The notes: generated by a model from the sequence alone, not told the origin. A stretch of 64,000 nt of DNA from the human T2T-CHM13v2.0 reference genome, Homo sapiens (GCF_009914755.1 NC_060930.1); one strand, 5' to 3'. Positions 40,288-55,659 are shown, counted from the stretch's first letter. Numbers and translations: made by a program.

Positions 40288-41660
40288 TTCCTCCCTCAGG
40301 GATTAGATATGCCTTCTTAATTTTAAGCAGGCTGCAGAAGGGCAGTGGTCCATCTTCTGTAACTGCTTCCTGCTTAGTTTATGGGCATAGGCCCTGCCTA
40401 GCACTGGAAGAGTAAAAATCTCTGGATACCATATCTAAAGGCGGGATGCTTTTATTTTCTGGGTCAGTAGATGGGATGGGTTGGAAGCCCTGCGACGGCA
40501 TTTTCTTTATCTGGAACTGTTGTAATTTAGAAGACACAGATTTTATAAAGACGTTAAACAAGCAAGGGCCAAAGATTAGTAATAACAAGATGGCTATTAA
40601 AGGTCCTAGGAGAGATAAAAACTAGGTGAGACTTTGTATGGCACTTCTGATAATTGACCAGATATAGTTGGGTTCAGTGCCCTGATTATAGATATGTAAC
40701 CCGGTATCTTGCTTATAGATCTTGTGAATGTTAAATTCAACCTGTTCAGAGTTGTTACTACATGTGCAGCAGGTTTTATTAATAATTGCACAGACTCCAT
40801 CTTGTTTGGCTAGTAAATAACCTATACATTTGGGCTGGCAAGTCAGGGGCTCTTCTCTGGGCATTCCAGACACCCATCTTGTGACACTATTTCAGGATGG
40901 GTAACCCTCAGGGGTCAGGGGACTTAAAGCATTTGCTGATAATTGCACTTTTTGGCTATTGTTAAATCTCTTTTGCCCTGTCCCTATTGTTGTAAACTTT
41001 AAAGGCCATATTTAAATGGCTCATAGGGGTTTGAGGTCCTATTGCTGCTTTTTATAGCTTTCTCCTAGGATAAGGGGCAGATTGAGTAATAAAATGCATA
41101 CCTAGGAGAGCTTGTCCTTTTTGGGAGTCTGAGTCTGCATTAGTATATTTCCTGAGTGTTTCACCAAAATGACCCTGAAATAGAGTGGGATTTTCTCATT
41201 TTCCCTGAGTTATTTCTTTAACCTTGTCATAAATGACTGGCTTAACCACACAATTTTTCCTTACCTTTTTTCTTTTCATGGCACAGCAAGCAAATGACAA
41301 TACTTGCAAGTCATGACAAGTTAAAGAATATGGTAAAATGTATAAGCCTTTTTTTTTGATTCTCTGAAAACTGGCCAAATTTTTCCTTGTATAAAGCCAA
41401 ATTAGAGATAGACAATGCCCCATGTACTCTAAGTGTTCCTCCATTTCCATCAGCTACCTCCTGCAATGGACATAGGTTTGACTTTAGGGGCTTATATGGG
41501 GCCCTACTCCTGGTGGTCCTGGTTGGGCTTACTTTTTTGGGCCCTGGGGGGTAAAGGCTGGGGGTAGTTGGATAAGGGAAAGGGGTGCCTGATGACCTTG
41601 AGTTAGAATCCTTCATTAGAAAACTAATGGGACTACTCTCAGAATAGGATTAAGGAGACT
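40288..41660 (-). mobile_element. ERV1 internal remnant with env (TM) and gag fragments
   Basis: YLLAKQDGVCAIINKTCC (immunosuppressive-domain end + CX6CC), LLLIFGPCLFN..VSSKLQQFQ, and gag-like proline-rich..LCPLQEVADG..RVH..KEKFGQFSEN. Confidence 0.85.
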
Positions 41661-41874
41661 TCAGACAGGGCATAGGATGATATTGTGATTATGAAGGAAA
41701 ATGTCCTTTTTATGCATTCATGACTGAAATAGTTAGAGGTGAAGCATCATAATGTCTGCAATTTTCTTTCAATTGAGTAAGAAACCAAATCGTAACAACT
41801 AGTGAATCTAGGTAAATGATATATGGGTGTTTGAACTTTTCTGTAGGTTTGAAAGTTTTTAAAATAAAAATTGG

Positions 41875-42191
41875 GAGCTGGGCATGGTGGCTTATGCCTG
41901 TAATGCTAGCACTTTCTGAGGCTGAGGTCAGAGGGTCACTTGAGCCCAGGAGTTCAAGACCAGCCTGGGCAACATCTGTCTAGAGACAGGGTCTAGTTCT
42001 ACAAAAAATCAAAAATCAGTTGAGCATGGTGGCACACAGCTGTGGTCCCAGCTACTCAGGAGGCTCAAATGGAAGGACCACTTAAGCCCAGGAGGTCAAG
42101 GGTACACAGTGAGCCATGATAGTACCACTCCACTCTAGCATGGGCAACAGAGTAAGACCCTGTCTCAAAAAATAATAAAATAAAATAAAAA
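41875..42191 (+). mobile_element. AluJ-like SINE
   Basis: Diverged dimer with AAAAT tail. Confidence 0.9.
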
Positions 42192-42515
42192 CTAGAGGAA
42201 AGATTTATGAAAAACAATTTTGAGAAATTTTAAGAAAGGTAGTAAAAGGTTACCTGTGAGAACAATTCCATTTTAGCTGAGCATTCAACATCTGGTACTT
42301 TCCTTGATAATTAAAATGTATTGTTATTTCAAAAACTGTCCCTATTTTCTTAAAGTTCTTCAAATATATTTCTATGCTGTATGCAAATGAACATTTGCTC
42401 ATCTATAAATAAAATTTAGAAAATAAAAGCCCATCCTCCCATTAAAAAGGTATGGTAGGCATTTATTTTTATCCCTATAAGCATACTTTTTGCACCACTG
42501 CTTTTTCTGCTAAGT

Positions 42516-43471
42516 CAGGGGTTAGCAAACTGCTGCCTACAGACCAAAATTGCCCCATGGCCTGTTTTTTAATGGTCTGAGTGAGGAATTATCTTTATAT
42601 TTTTTAATGGCTTGGGGAAAAATCAAAAGAATAATAAAATTTAGTAACGTGAAAATCATATGAAATTCACTTCAGTGTCTATAAATAAAGTTTTGTTGGA
42701 ACACAGCCATATTCATTCACTTACATATTGTCTATGGCTACTTTTGACCTACAAGGGCAGAACCCTAATTAAGCAAAATGTTATTCATCCAAAAAACAAT
42801 TTCATTCTTCCCATTAGAAAATATGCATTGCAAAATTATACTCAATTATTATAGTTTGAATAATAATATAATTATATTGCATCAATGAAAATGTGCTTTT
42901 TCTTTTAAGTATGTAATATACACCATGGAATACTATACAGCCATAAGAAAGGAATGAGATCATGTTCTTTGCAGGCACATGGATGAAGCTAGAAGCCATT
43001 ATCCTCAGCAAACTAACACAGGAAGAGAAAACCAAACACTGCATGTTCTCATAAGTGGGAGTTTAACAATGAGAACACATGGACACAGGGAGTGGAACAA
43101 CACACACAAGGGCCTGTGGGGGGTGGAGGATGGGAGGGAGAGCAGCAGGACAAATAGCTAATGCATGTGGGGCTTAAAACCTAGATGATGGGTTGATAGG
43201 TGCAGCAAAGCACCATGGCGTGTGTATACCTATGTAACAAACCTGCATGTTCTACACATGTATCCCAGAACTTATAATAAAAATTAAAAAAAAACAGTTA
43301 TCTCTTCCTTGGAATAATTGAACAAATTGTTGATTATGCTTTATCATTTAAAATAAATGTATATTTTGTCTTAAAAAAAGTATGTAATAATATCCTCAAT
43401 TTTGCCTCTTGGCCCACAAAGCCTAAAATATTTACTATTGGCCTTTTGCAGAAAAGGATTGCCAGCCCCTA
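42516..43471. mobile_element. MER58-like hAT MITE split by an L1
   Basis: CAGGGGTTAGCAAAC start; AATAAAGTTTTGTTGGAACACAGCC; GGCCCACAAAGCCTAAAATATTTACTAT..TTGCCAGCCCCTA end. Confidence 0.8.
42919..43377 (+). mobile_element. 5'-truncated L1PA with extra 3' segment, 12-bp TSD
   Basis: TACACCATGGAATACTA..TATCCCAGAACTTA..(A)n; TSD AAGTATGTAATA at 42907-42918 and 43378-43389. Confidence 0.9.
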
Positions 43472-44226
43472 GTCTAGGTCATAACTTTTCTAAAGATCAA
43501 AAATATATTCTAAATTTCATTTTCCTGTGTCGCTACCTGAAAGAAGTATTTCATCAACCAGCTTTGTAATTCAAGTCTACATCAGATACTAAATGGCTTA
43601 AATTTACAATTATCCAAGTAAGACATATCCATTTCATTGGCCTATCAAGTAGTTTATAACTCCAAAAGAAAATTTTCTTTACTTACACAAACTCTATAGT
43701 ACTCACCCTATCCATATGATATTTTCACTATACATGTGACCATTCACATATAATACTCCCTGCTGTTTACCAGTTCCTAAATTCATATAATTTATGTATG
43801 GAACCAATTCTTATCCCCTTCAATCAAAGTACTAAAATTCTACTTAGAGCAAATGATATGATTTGGTCTTATTCAATTTAATTTCCCCCATTTTGTTGTT
43901 TAGAGTTCTAGCATCAGGAAGGCATCATTCTTAAGTTTTGACCTGGCTGTCAAACAACTGAGCAGATCAACTTAATTAGAGAGAACCAAGATGATGTTAA
44001 TGCCTATTTACATTTTAAGATGAGAGATAAATGATCTTGCATAAAACGTTTATCATTTCTGAGAGTGAGATCTAATGTGTATCGAGAAAGTGGTTTCCAA
44101 ACTACAAAGTTTCTGAAGAAGTCTCCCTAGATAGAAAGACATCTGTCTACAAGATCGAGTGGGATGCTTCTGTGTGTTTCTAGGGTGGAAAAGTCTGTGA
44201 ATTTAATAATTAAAATCATGACTCTG

Positions 44227-44514
44227 GGCCGGGCATGGTGGCTCACACCTGTAATTCCAGCACTTTGTAAGGCTGAGGTGGGAGGATCGCTTGAACCCAG
44301 GAGTTTGAGACCAGACTCAGAAACAAAGTGACAACGGTCTCTACAAATAATTATTAAAAAAATCAACCTGGCGTGGTGGTGGGCACCTGCAGTCCCAGCT
44401 CCTCGGGAGGATCTCTTGAACCTAGGAAGTCAAGTCGGCCCTGAGCCATGATCGTGCCACTGCACCCCAACCTGGGCGACAGAGTGAGATCCTGTCTCCA
44501 AAAAAAAAAAAAAA
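44227..44514 (+). mobile_element. AluJ-like SINE
   Basis: Alu dimer with A tail. Confidence 0.92.
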
Positions 44515-44879
44515 GTACGACTTTGGCCTTCACCTAGCTTAGAGGGTGAGCTCAAACTGATTCCAAAAGAAGTTTTGGTTCTTGCTTCCAGTGGTAACAA
44601 GGGGGGTTGGGAAGTGATTAATTAAACATATTTCCTCCACGAAGAGGGTGGACAAGTTCCTTTTTTAGGAAGGAAAAAAGGAGGAGCGTTGGTAGTAGGG
44701 ATCTTCCACAGAGGGGTAAAGTTAAGGAGGTGGAAATGAAAGGGAAGAACAAAGGGTGAGAAGCAAAATGGTAAAAGCGAAATCGAAAAAGAGAAGTGGG
44801 TGTTCCAACAGTAGAGGGGATCATTGACGCAAATTCGTCCTTTTATGTTCCCACACGGCTCAAGTTGGGGAATATAAGT

Positions 44880-46309
<1,430 letters not shown>

Positions 46310-46653
46310 GGACTTACTTGTTGCACAGCAGGAATTTTAACAACAAAAATTTTATGTGACCAAAAGTGTTAAAAGGCTTTACAGTGCTACTGTACTTACC
46401 ATATTAGTAAGTCCCTCAGGAAAAAGCTTCTTTTGAGATATCTTTAGCAGCTTATTTTTTGTTATTTTAACTTTAAAAAGTAATATGTGCACATGGTTTT
46501 AAAAATATTCAACCATTATAGGAGGAGAGTTAGTAAAAAGTGAATCTTTCACTTTAGCCCCTGACACCTTTCCCCCAAAAATATATATTTTGGTGTCTTA
46601 TATACAGAATATACATTCTGTGCATATACAAGAGTATATGTTGCAGCATAAAG

Positions 46654-46669
46654 ATTAAAAGCTATTAAA
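46654..46669 (+). terminator. Probable NKAPL poly(A) signals (two ATTAAA)
   Basis: ATTAAA at 46654 and 46664 followed by T-rich sequence. Confidence 0.55.
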
Positions 46670-47439
46670 GTTTTTTTTCGCTCGTTACTCTTTTGCCATT
46701 CATTTGCCCCGGGGGGACCAAAAGAAGCCCAGAAAGAACAAAGGATTCAATCAAGTGTATACTTCTACTTTCAGTTAATAGACTGGCTTAGAAAATAGAA
46801 AAGATTTAGTGGCTCTTACAAATGAAAAGTCTAGAAGAAGGATGGATTTTCTGCATGGCTTTAATTGGACATTGGCTTTCTTCTCCACTTTTTTTCCAAG
46901 GGTCATTTTCCTTGGGCTGGTTTCCCTTATATAACAAAAAGGCTGCCAAAGCTCCTGATTTTGGTTATCTTTTTTCTGGTCCATCTCTGAAGAGAGAACA
47001 TTTCTTAGTTGCTAATCCAAACAAGAATCCAGAGATTCACCATAATGGGATAAGCTTGGGTCACATGCCCACTCAAAACAAGTGTTGTTGCTTAGGAAAT
47101 AGAATGGCTTATCTGTGGAGTCATAGACCAGTTATAGAGGAATGGATTCTTGAATGAAAATCAGGGTAATTTTGGGCAAGGGGGATAGACAACCATAGAC
47201 GCGTACTACAGTTTCGAATGCTTTTTTAAAAAACGTATAATGAAAGTACATGTGCTAAAAGTGAACATTTTCTTGAAGAAAAACTTGGCTTCGACTATTA
47301 GAAGTCAGATTCTAATTTAAGAGGATATAGGGTTTATTCATAAAAAGAGATATAAAAGATGAAGATCAGAGTGCTTGAGTAGATTAGGGCCACCTAGACT
47401 AGCAAGAGAAAGAAAAAAATGATAAGGTATAAAGAAGAA

Positions 47440-47548
47440 GGCCCAGGCATGATGGCTTGCCTGTAATCCCAGCACTTTCGCAGACTGAGGTGGGAGAATT
47501 GCTTACGGCTAGGAGTTCAAGAGCAGCCTGAATAACAGCGAGACCTAG

Positions 47549-47599
<51 letters not shown>
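47440..47599 (+). mobile_element. Alu left monomer followed by (CA)n microsatellite
   Basis: GGCCCAGGCATGATGGC..CTGTAATCCCAGCACTTT; CA run 47550-47599. Confidence 0.88.
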
Positions 47600-47601
<2 letters not shown>

Positions 47602-48010
47602 TGTTAGGTTGTGAAGGGAAGACAAGGGTTAAAGAAAGACATACACACAGAGGGCAGTTCAACAGGAAATGCAGGCTTTATGTCCAGCATAACACCTACA
47701 GAGGTGGGGAACCAGCCTAATGCCAGTGCCCACCACCGCTTACAGGCTGGGGTACTTATAGGCCTAGGTGGGAGGGGTCTGGGCAGTATGGCTTGCTGCT
47801 ATGTACTGCTATGTGTTGGTAAGGTGTTCCCATGATGAGGCAGTTTGGCTCTTGTTCCCACAGAATGTGATGTTCCTTGCACTTTTTCCCAGCAGAATAT
47901 GATAAAAGGCAGGCTGTTTCTCACAGCCCGAACCCCCGTGGAATGATTCACTTTGATCAAGGTCTGAGAAATGGTGGGAGACTTACAAAATGATGCAGTT
48001 GGAACTAACA
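47602..48010 (-). mobile_element. Solo ERV1 LTR (MER48/LTR21-like)
   Basis: TGTTAG...CTAACA termini; minus strand TGTTAGTTCCAACTGCATCATTTTGTAAG; near-TSD ACAGA/AGAGA. Confidence 0.75.
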
Positions 48011-51000
48011 AGAGAGAAAGAACTAGAAGAAGAATAAGGTAGTTGGCAGAACTCATGAGGAGGAGACCAGATCAGGAGGGACCACAAGGACAGGAGAATT
48101 AGCAACGAGAGACTGGCTGGCACCAGTCTTGGGAAAACTTCAGAGTGAGCTCCATTCATGGTCTATTAAAAGGCCTTTGTTGTCATTCAGTGATATGTGC
48201 CTGGCCCCTGAGACTTTAATTCAACACTAGCCAAACTATCTCATTTGGATAACCCCCTTTTCAAAGTTCAAAAGACTGATTAGCCCCCACAGAACTGAAG
48301 GTGAGGAAATGGGGTTCTAGAATCTGGCAGGGCAGTGTGATGTGGAAGGGCACATTTACCCTTCCACAGGATGTGACATGGCTGATACTGGACCACACCA
48401 CCTTGAGATTTTCGCCAAAGGGTGTTGTGGCATATTGGTGATAGACATGCTGTTACATGTGCGTATTTCCATTTTTAGAACAAACTATACCACATGATAC
48501 ACATGGATTGACACCTTGCTCTTTTCAATTAATACATCCTGGAGATGTTTTATATCAATACATATGAATCTTTCTTTCTTTTAGATAATCTTGTAGTATT
48601 CCATTATATGAAAGCACCGTATTTTGTTGGATGGTTAAGATGTTTTTCTGTATTTTACTGTCACAGAGCACTATATTGAAAGCCTCTGTGGATATGTGAC
48701 AGTATATTTGTAGCATATTCAACTAAAAATAGATGAATATTAGGTCAAAAAGAATCCTTTTGGTCATCTAGAAATGCTAACCTCAAAATAGAATTATTGA
48801 AACAAAGGGAAAATATCAGGTGCTTTCTATGTATTAGGCACTATGGCTGGTACTGAGGATAAACCAAGAAACAAGTTAGACTTGCTCCTTGCCATCATAG
48901 AATTTTACATTTTACTGGGGGAGACAGACTTATAAAAGCCAACAGGCAAAAATTACAAATTACAGTATGATGTGAAAAAAGTAACGGGCTAGAGACAGAA
49001 TTGGGGGGAACTTTTTTGATATAGTGGTCAAGGAAAGACTAAGAATGCCAGATTTAAGCTGTGTGTGCTTTTAAATTTTAGTAGATATTGCAACACCACC
49101 TTCTATGTTTACACACTCACCAACATCATCACCAATATTGTATTTTCAAACCTTTTGATCTTTCCCAATCTAAGGTGAAAATGGCATTTTATTTGTATTT
49201 ATTATTAAAAGTAAGATAGAGCATCCTTTCATAGATGTATTTACGAGTCTTTTGAAATTCTTTTGTGTGTATGTGAACTGCTCCTCTGATAACCTTTGTC
49301 CACTCTTCTATAGCGTTGTTGGTCTTTTTTCTTAACTGGTCATAAAAACTCTTTAATAAATTAGATCTTTATCAAATATCTTGCAAATATATCTCCGTGT
49401 TATTTACCTTTGACTTGTTTTTCTGAGAGACACTTGACTGTAATGCCCGTTAAAGCCTAAAAAGGTTTTCTAACAGTGGCCAAACAAATATCTTTATCTT
49501 TCTCGCTTGGAAGAAGATGCAGCTGAGAAACTGACTTCTAAGTAAGCCAAGGTAAGATCGGTGAGCTTCTTTCCCAGAAAGATAAAATACACACCATGCA
49601 ACAAATAGTATGTCTAATGCCTACAGTGGAATACTCATGATAGCTTTTTTGCTGTAGTTATGCTTAACTTGCCATTTAATGTTGCTATTAGAGAGGGACT
49701 TGGCCAATAAATCTGCCTTAAAAGAGATTTCAAGAGTTGGAATATGACTGCAGATCACTGTTGTCTCAGGGGAGCTAATAAAAAGGGTTACAACTTTTCC
49801 TTTGAAGTAGTTTTGCCCAGAGTATGTAGCTATGGATTGTGAAATAGAAGAAAAACAGTATAACGAAAATTTTGTATTACGTTTACATTTCAAGAAACCA
49901 TCAGAATCACTTTATTATTTCACTCTGCTCAAGCAGGAAGTTGAACAGATCAAATAACTTGTCTTAGCCACTAGAGTTACACTGAGTTTTATTCAGTGCT
50001 GAGAAACAGCCTAAGAAAGCAAACTAGTGAGGCTGTGCTGATTTACAATTGATACATTTTATGAAATAGCATTAATGTTCTCACAGACCATCATTATATG
50101 ACTTTGTGGAATTATCAAAAGTAGTGTTTCACAAAATATAAAAATCTCCCACTGGCATAAGGGGTCTAATGTGTATTTCATGTTTGTTTGTTTTAAAGTT
50201 CTGTAGCACAAGGGAAGGTGTTTCTTAACCTTAGCCACCAGCAATTTAGGGAGTAAGAAATCATACATTTAGCAAAATTGCTCTTTTTATTCTTAGCCTA
50301 ACGAATTCAGCTAGACTTTAATCTGAATTTATGGGGGATATGTCTAAGATTTCACCATCAAATATAAGGGAGGTTTTTGGTATATTTGAGATGTATTTAT
50401 TTTTGCCTTATAAAGGAATCATCCATCTATTTATTTTTTATTAGGAGTTTCTGCTTTTAGTCAGAAATATATGTTGAGTTTTATGAAATGACATTGTAGC
50501 ATTTGTGGAGATTATATGATTTTTCTTTATCAGCCTAATATGGGTGACTTAAAGTTATAGGTTCCTAATATTAAGCTATAAATTTGTTAGATTCATTTGT
50601 AGGCTTTGATTGTTTAGAACAATCACTGGACAAATAACTTATTTTAAAACTCAGAGTAATGAATGAGACCTTGCTGTATACGTATAAGAAGCAGAGAGAA
50701 GAGCAGGAAGCATCATTACCAGAAGATAAGAACTGTAAATCTTATGCTGGAGCATGGTGACATGACTCATAATGCGATAGCATCTCTACTGATAATATGG
50801 AAAAGAAAGTTCTTATCTTGAATATCGTATGAATGGACCTGGCAGAAACATGATCACTATAGTTTACAAAAATAAGGATAATCCTGGAAAATGAAAACCT
50901 CAAGTTTGAAAATTGATTTGTATTTTAGTATTTTGTCTCTCCTGGTGATAACAGTGTTTTGAGTTATTCTCACCTTATCTACCCCTACCCCTCCCAAAAG

Positions 51001-51619
51001 GTACAAACAGACTGTTTAAATGAAAAATGCACACCTTGAAAATTTAAAAAAACTCTTCTTTGTCTAGCTACTTTAAAGGTTTTGATTTTCATGGGATATC
51101 CAGTGCAATGGCAATAATCTCAGCCTTGACAATAAAAGTGACAGATTTAAGAAACTAGTCATAGTAGGGAATTTTAGAGGGGGAGTAAATAGGATATAGT
51201 ATTTACTTTCTATTTAAATTAAATTTTCTTTATGTTTATCCCTTATATAATTTTTGAAAAGGTCCTTTTCTAGATATTAAAAAATAAGATATATGAGTTT
51301 TCCTCTCAAGAAAGAATATTGACTTCTAATTAGTAACACATATTGACTAGATTTGTTGGCCTTATGAAAAGTTTTAAAGTAAACATATTTAATTTTTACT
51401 TTAAAAATATGCTTTCAAAGATACATTCAGACACTTAAGAAGAAAAGATAACTGCTTGTGATAATGAAACTGGTTGTTTTTTTTCTGTTATGATAATTTC
51501 AATGCTTGAAACACTGAATAAATTACACGTCAGTACAATGTTTTGTATATTTAATGATATTTCAAAGCTTCTGTCAACTGATCAGTTAAACACAAAAGTT
51601 TGTTCAGATTTTTTAAAGG

Positions 51620-52258
51620 TTTTTTTTTCTTTCTTCCAACTTTTGTTTTAGGTTCAGTGGGTACATGTGCAGGTATGTTACATGAATAAAGTGCATACTG
51701 CTGGGGTTTGGTGTACAAATGATTTTGTCACCAAAGTGGTAGCATAGTACCTTATAGGTAACTTTTCAATCTTCACCTTCCTCTCACCCTCCACCCTCAA
51801 GAAGTCCTTGTGTCTGTTGTTCCCATTTGTGTTCATGTTTACTGAATGTTTAGCACCCACTTATAAGTAAGAACATGCAGTATTTGGTTTTCTGTTCCTG
51901 TGTTAATTGGCTTAGGATAAATGGCCTCCAGCTGCATCCATGTTGCTGCAAAGGACATGATCTCATTCTTTTAGCTGCATGATATTCCATGGTGTTATGT
52001 ACCACATTTTCTTTTTCCAGTCCACCACTGATGGGCATCTAGGTTGATTCCATGTTTCTGCTATTGTGAAAAGTGCTGTGATGAACATACACATGCATGG
52101 TCTTTATGGTAGAACAGTATATTCCTCTGGGTATATACCCAATAATGGAATTGCTGGGTCAAATGAGAGCTCTGTTTTAAGTTCCTTAAGAAATTTCCAA
52201 ATTGCTTTCCACAGTGGCAGAACTAATTTACATTCCCACTAGCAATGTATAAGCATTC
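51620..52258 (-). mobile_element. L1P 3' end fragment
   Basis: GGTACATGTGCAGG..CCCACTTATAAGT..GATGGGCATCTAGGTTGATTCCATG..AATTTACATTCCCAC. Confidence 0.9.
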
Positions 52259-52739
52259 AAAGAGTTTATCTTATTCAAAAACTATAAAAACCCAGTTTGT
52301 GATACTGTGGGCAAGAGAGACTATTTCTGTTCTCTGTTGTAGAATTTATTTTGATAAAGTGATATCTGTTGCTTTTATTCCCCCTGAAACTTACATTGAT
52401 TGCAAAGTGTTGTTGATTTATTTTCTCTCACAGTAATAGCCCTAATTTCTTCTTACCTTAAACCTTTCAATCCAAACGTATGTCCATTGTTTAGTTTAAT
52501 TTTCGAAATACTTTGACAATTATTTTTGCCATTGTGTTTGATGAATTTCTAAATTGCGAAAAATGGCGAAGTATGTGTGTTTTATTTATGTGAGCAAAGT
52601 GAAAATGTTGGCTGTTTGTGATAACACTCAACGGAGCTGGCCTGTTTTTACATGAATAAAATAAACATCCACTTTAAAATGAGAAAACAAAAACAAAAAC
52701 AGAAACAAAAAAAAAAACAAAAAAAAACCCCCAACAATC

Positions 52740-53130
52740 TTAGCTCACAACGAAATGACCCTCCCAGCCGTCCTCAGCAGGCAGCACCCATGTTAGTCTC
52801 CTTCTGCGATGCCTAAGCGGCAGCACCATCGAGCCAAGGTCCTCCAGCGTTCCTAGAGCGGAGAAGAAAGCGCTCCGAAGAGCTAGAGCTGACACTCGGC
52901 GATGAGCTAAGACGCTGTTTCAGAGCGTTTGGGTCCTCTGAGGCCCCTTGACCAGGTGAGCGGACCCTGGAGCTGGGCCCCGGGCTGGGGCGGAACTGCG
53001 GCCTAGGGGCCTAGGGAGCAGCTGCTTCCCGGCGGGTGCAGAGAATCTTCCCTCGACCGAGGGGGCGGGGTCCGTAGCGGAGGTGTCGGCCCTGGGGCCT
53101 ATGAGAGTGATGAAGCTGTGGATCTGGTAA
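52740..53130 (+). promoter_or_regulatory. ZSCAN26: ZSCAN26 CpG-island promoter and non-coding exon 1 (donor CAG|GTGAGC at 52955)
   Basis: CpG-rich; strong donor; YY1-like AAAATGGCG at 52560-52568. Confidence 0.7.
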
Positions 53131-54536
53131 ACAGAGTACAACCTTCTGCTGCATATTTTTCATCCATTCAGCGCAATTTTAAGTAGATATTAAAGGTAGG
53201 CGCCACCGAGAAGGTAATATTTGAGCAGAAATCTGAAGGAGGTGGGTGGAAAGACCTAAGTGGCTTTTGCGGTCAGGAACTTTCTAGGTAGAGGGAATAG
53301 CAAGTGCAAAGGTCTTAAAGCAGGAGCTTGCTTGGCATATTTGAGGAATAACGGGGAGACCAGAGCGGTTGGAGCAGTGAACAAAGGCGACCTTTGTAGG
53401 GAATGATGTCAGAGAGATTGGGGTATGGAGAGGAAGAGTGTAGAGGAAATGAGAACTGTATCGTGTAAGGAATTTTGTCTTTTTTTGGTGTGTGTTTTTG
53501 GAGGATTTTGAGCAGAAGAAAACATGATCTGACTTATGTTTTAAAGCTTCTTTACTTGGAGACTCATGATGATAATAGATTGTAAGTGGGCAAGAATGGA
53601 ATCAAGAAAACTTAAAAGTTAAGAGTAATTTTTTAAAATTCCAAGTAATTCAGGTGGGAGATAAGGATATCTTGAGCCAGTGATCAGATTATGATCTGCT
53701 TTGAAAATAGAGACAATAATATTTGCTACTGGGTCAGATGTAGGGTGTGACAGTAAGAAGGCAAATATAAATCCAAGGTTTTGGGCCTGTGGGTGCAAGA
53801 GATACTGGAGAAAAGATCTGAGGTTTAGCTTTGGTACCTCGTGTAAGTTCTTCAACTCTCCCCGTCTCAATTTCCTTCTCTGCACGAAGAAATTAGGAAT
53901 AGTGTCTTCTTTATAGGGTTGTGTGAGGGTTAAATAATTAATATATGTGAAACATGTAGTATAGTTGTCCTGGCTCATTGTTTTATTATGCTGAGACATG
54001 AAGTGTGAGTGGGCATTAACAAGAAGAAAATTGGAGGGTTGGAGGGTGGTCCAAGCAGAAGGAATAAGCTGTGGAAGGGCCAAGGAGCAAGAAGGAGTAT
54101 TGCAAATTTGATGAAATAAAGTACTTTATTAGATCAAAAAACAATGTAAACCATATTAAATGTTTTGAACTTGATCCTAAGGGTAATAATCAGCCATTAT
54201 ATGTAACAGGCATAGCAGGGACATAATAATATTTCATATCCTCCTTAGAATGATCACTGTTTGCGTGTGGAAAATAGATTGGTGTCTCAGACCAGTCTGT
54301 TTGTCACAGTGGTCTAGGTAGGAGAAGACAATGGCAAAGGGGATGAGAAGTGGATTGATTTGAGAGATATTTAAGCAATAGAATCAATAGAACTTGATTG
54401 ATCAGATACATGAGATATGAAAGGAGGAAGGAATGGTCAGTTTTCTGGCTCAAATAGCTGGGTAGATGGAGCTCCTCCCAAAACAGTTTATCAAATTATT
54501 TATTATATATTGTGTTTGATATATTTAATCACATTA

Positions 54537-54880
<344 letters not shown>

Positions 54881-55149
54881 CTATATATACATATCAACAT
54901 CATACCACATGTTTATTTATATACCAATACTGATATAGATACCAGTATATATATATGTATGTGGCATAGATATATACTGATATGGGTATAGATATCTCTA
55001 TAGATATAATAATATGAATACAGGTATATATAAAAAATACGAATACAGGTATATATACCTAAACAATAATACAAATTATGTATATATATACATATGCCTG
55101 TATTTGTGTCATTATTTGTATAACTAGGGTATCTGTATCGGTAAAGATA

Positions 55150-55659
55150 GGTAGAGATCTAGAAAGAGATTTACTATAGGGAATTAGCATAGGTCATTAT
55201 GGAGGCTGGCAAGTCTCAGTATCTTCAGAGTGAGTTTTCAGGCTGGAGACCCAGGAGAGCAAATGGTTTAGTTCCAGCTCAAGCCCAAAGGCCTGAGAAC
55301 CAGGAGAGCTGATGGTGTAGTTCCTGTCTGAAGGCCATAGGCTTGAGATTCAGTAAGAGCTGTTTTAGTTCCAAGTCTGATGGCAAGAAAAAAGCTGATG
55401 ATTCAGTTTGAAGCATTTTAGACAGGAAGAATTCTCTTACTCAGGGATGAGTCAGCCTTTTTGTTCTAGTCAGACTTTTAACTGCTTGGATGAGGCCCAC
55501 CAACATTATGGAGGGCAGTCTGTTTTAGTCAACAGTCTACCAATTTAAATGTTAATCTCATTCCAAAAACACCCTCACAGAAACATCCAGAATAATGTTT
55601 GACCAAATATCTGAGCACCCTGTGGCCAGTTAAGTTGACACATAAAATTAACCATTACA
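55150..55659. mobile_element. MLT2 (ERVL) LTR, preceded by TA-rich low complexity (54880-55130)
   Basis: ATTATGGAGGCTGGCAAGTC..GGCCTGAGAACCAGGAG..AAGTTGACACATAAAATTAACCATTACA. Confidence 0.85.

Noticed and set aside
40379-40873. Co-opted env (syncytin-like) gene
   Set aside because: Only split TM fragments; no signal peptide, SU or continuous ORF
49811-49945. YVAMDCE resembling DEDDh exonuclease motif I
   Set aside because: Downstream residues do not continue the family pattern; short frame, probably chance
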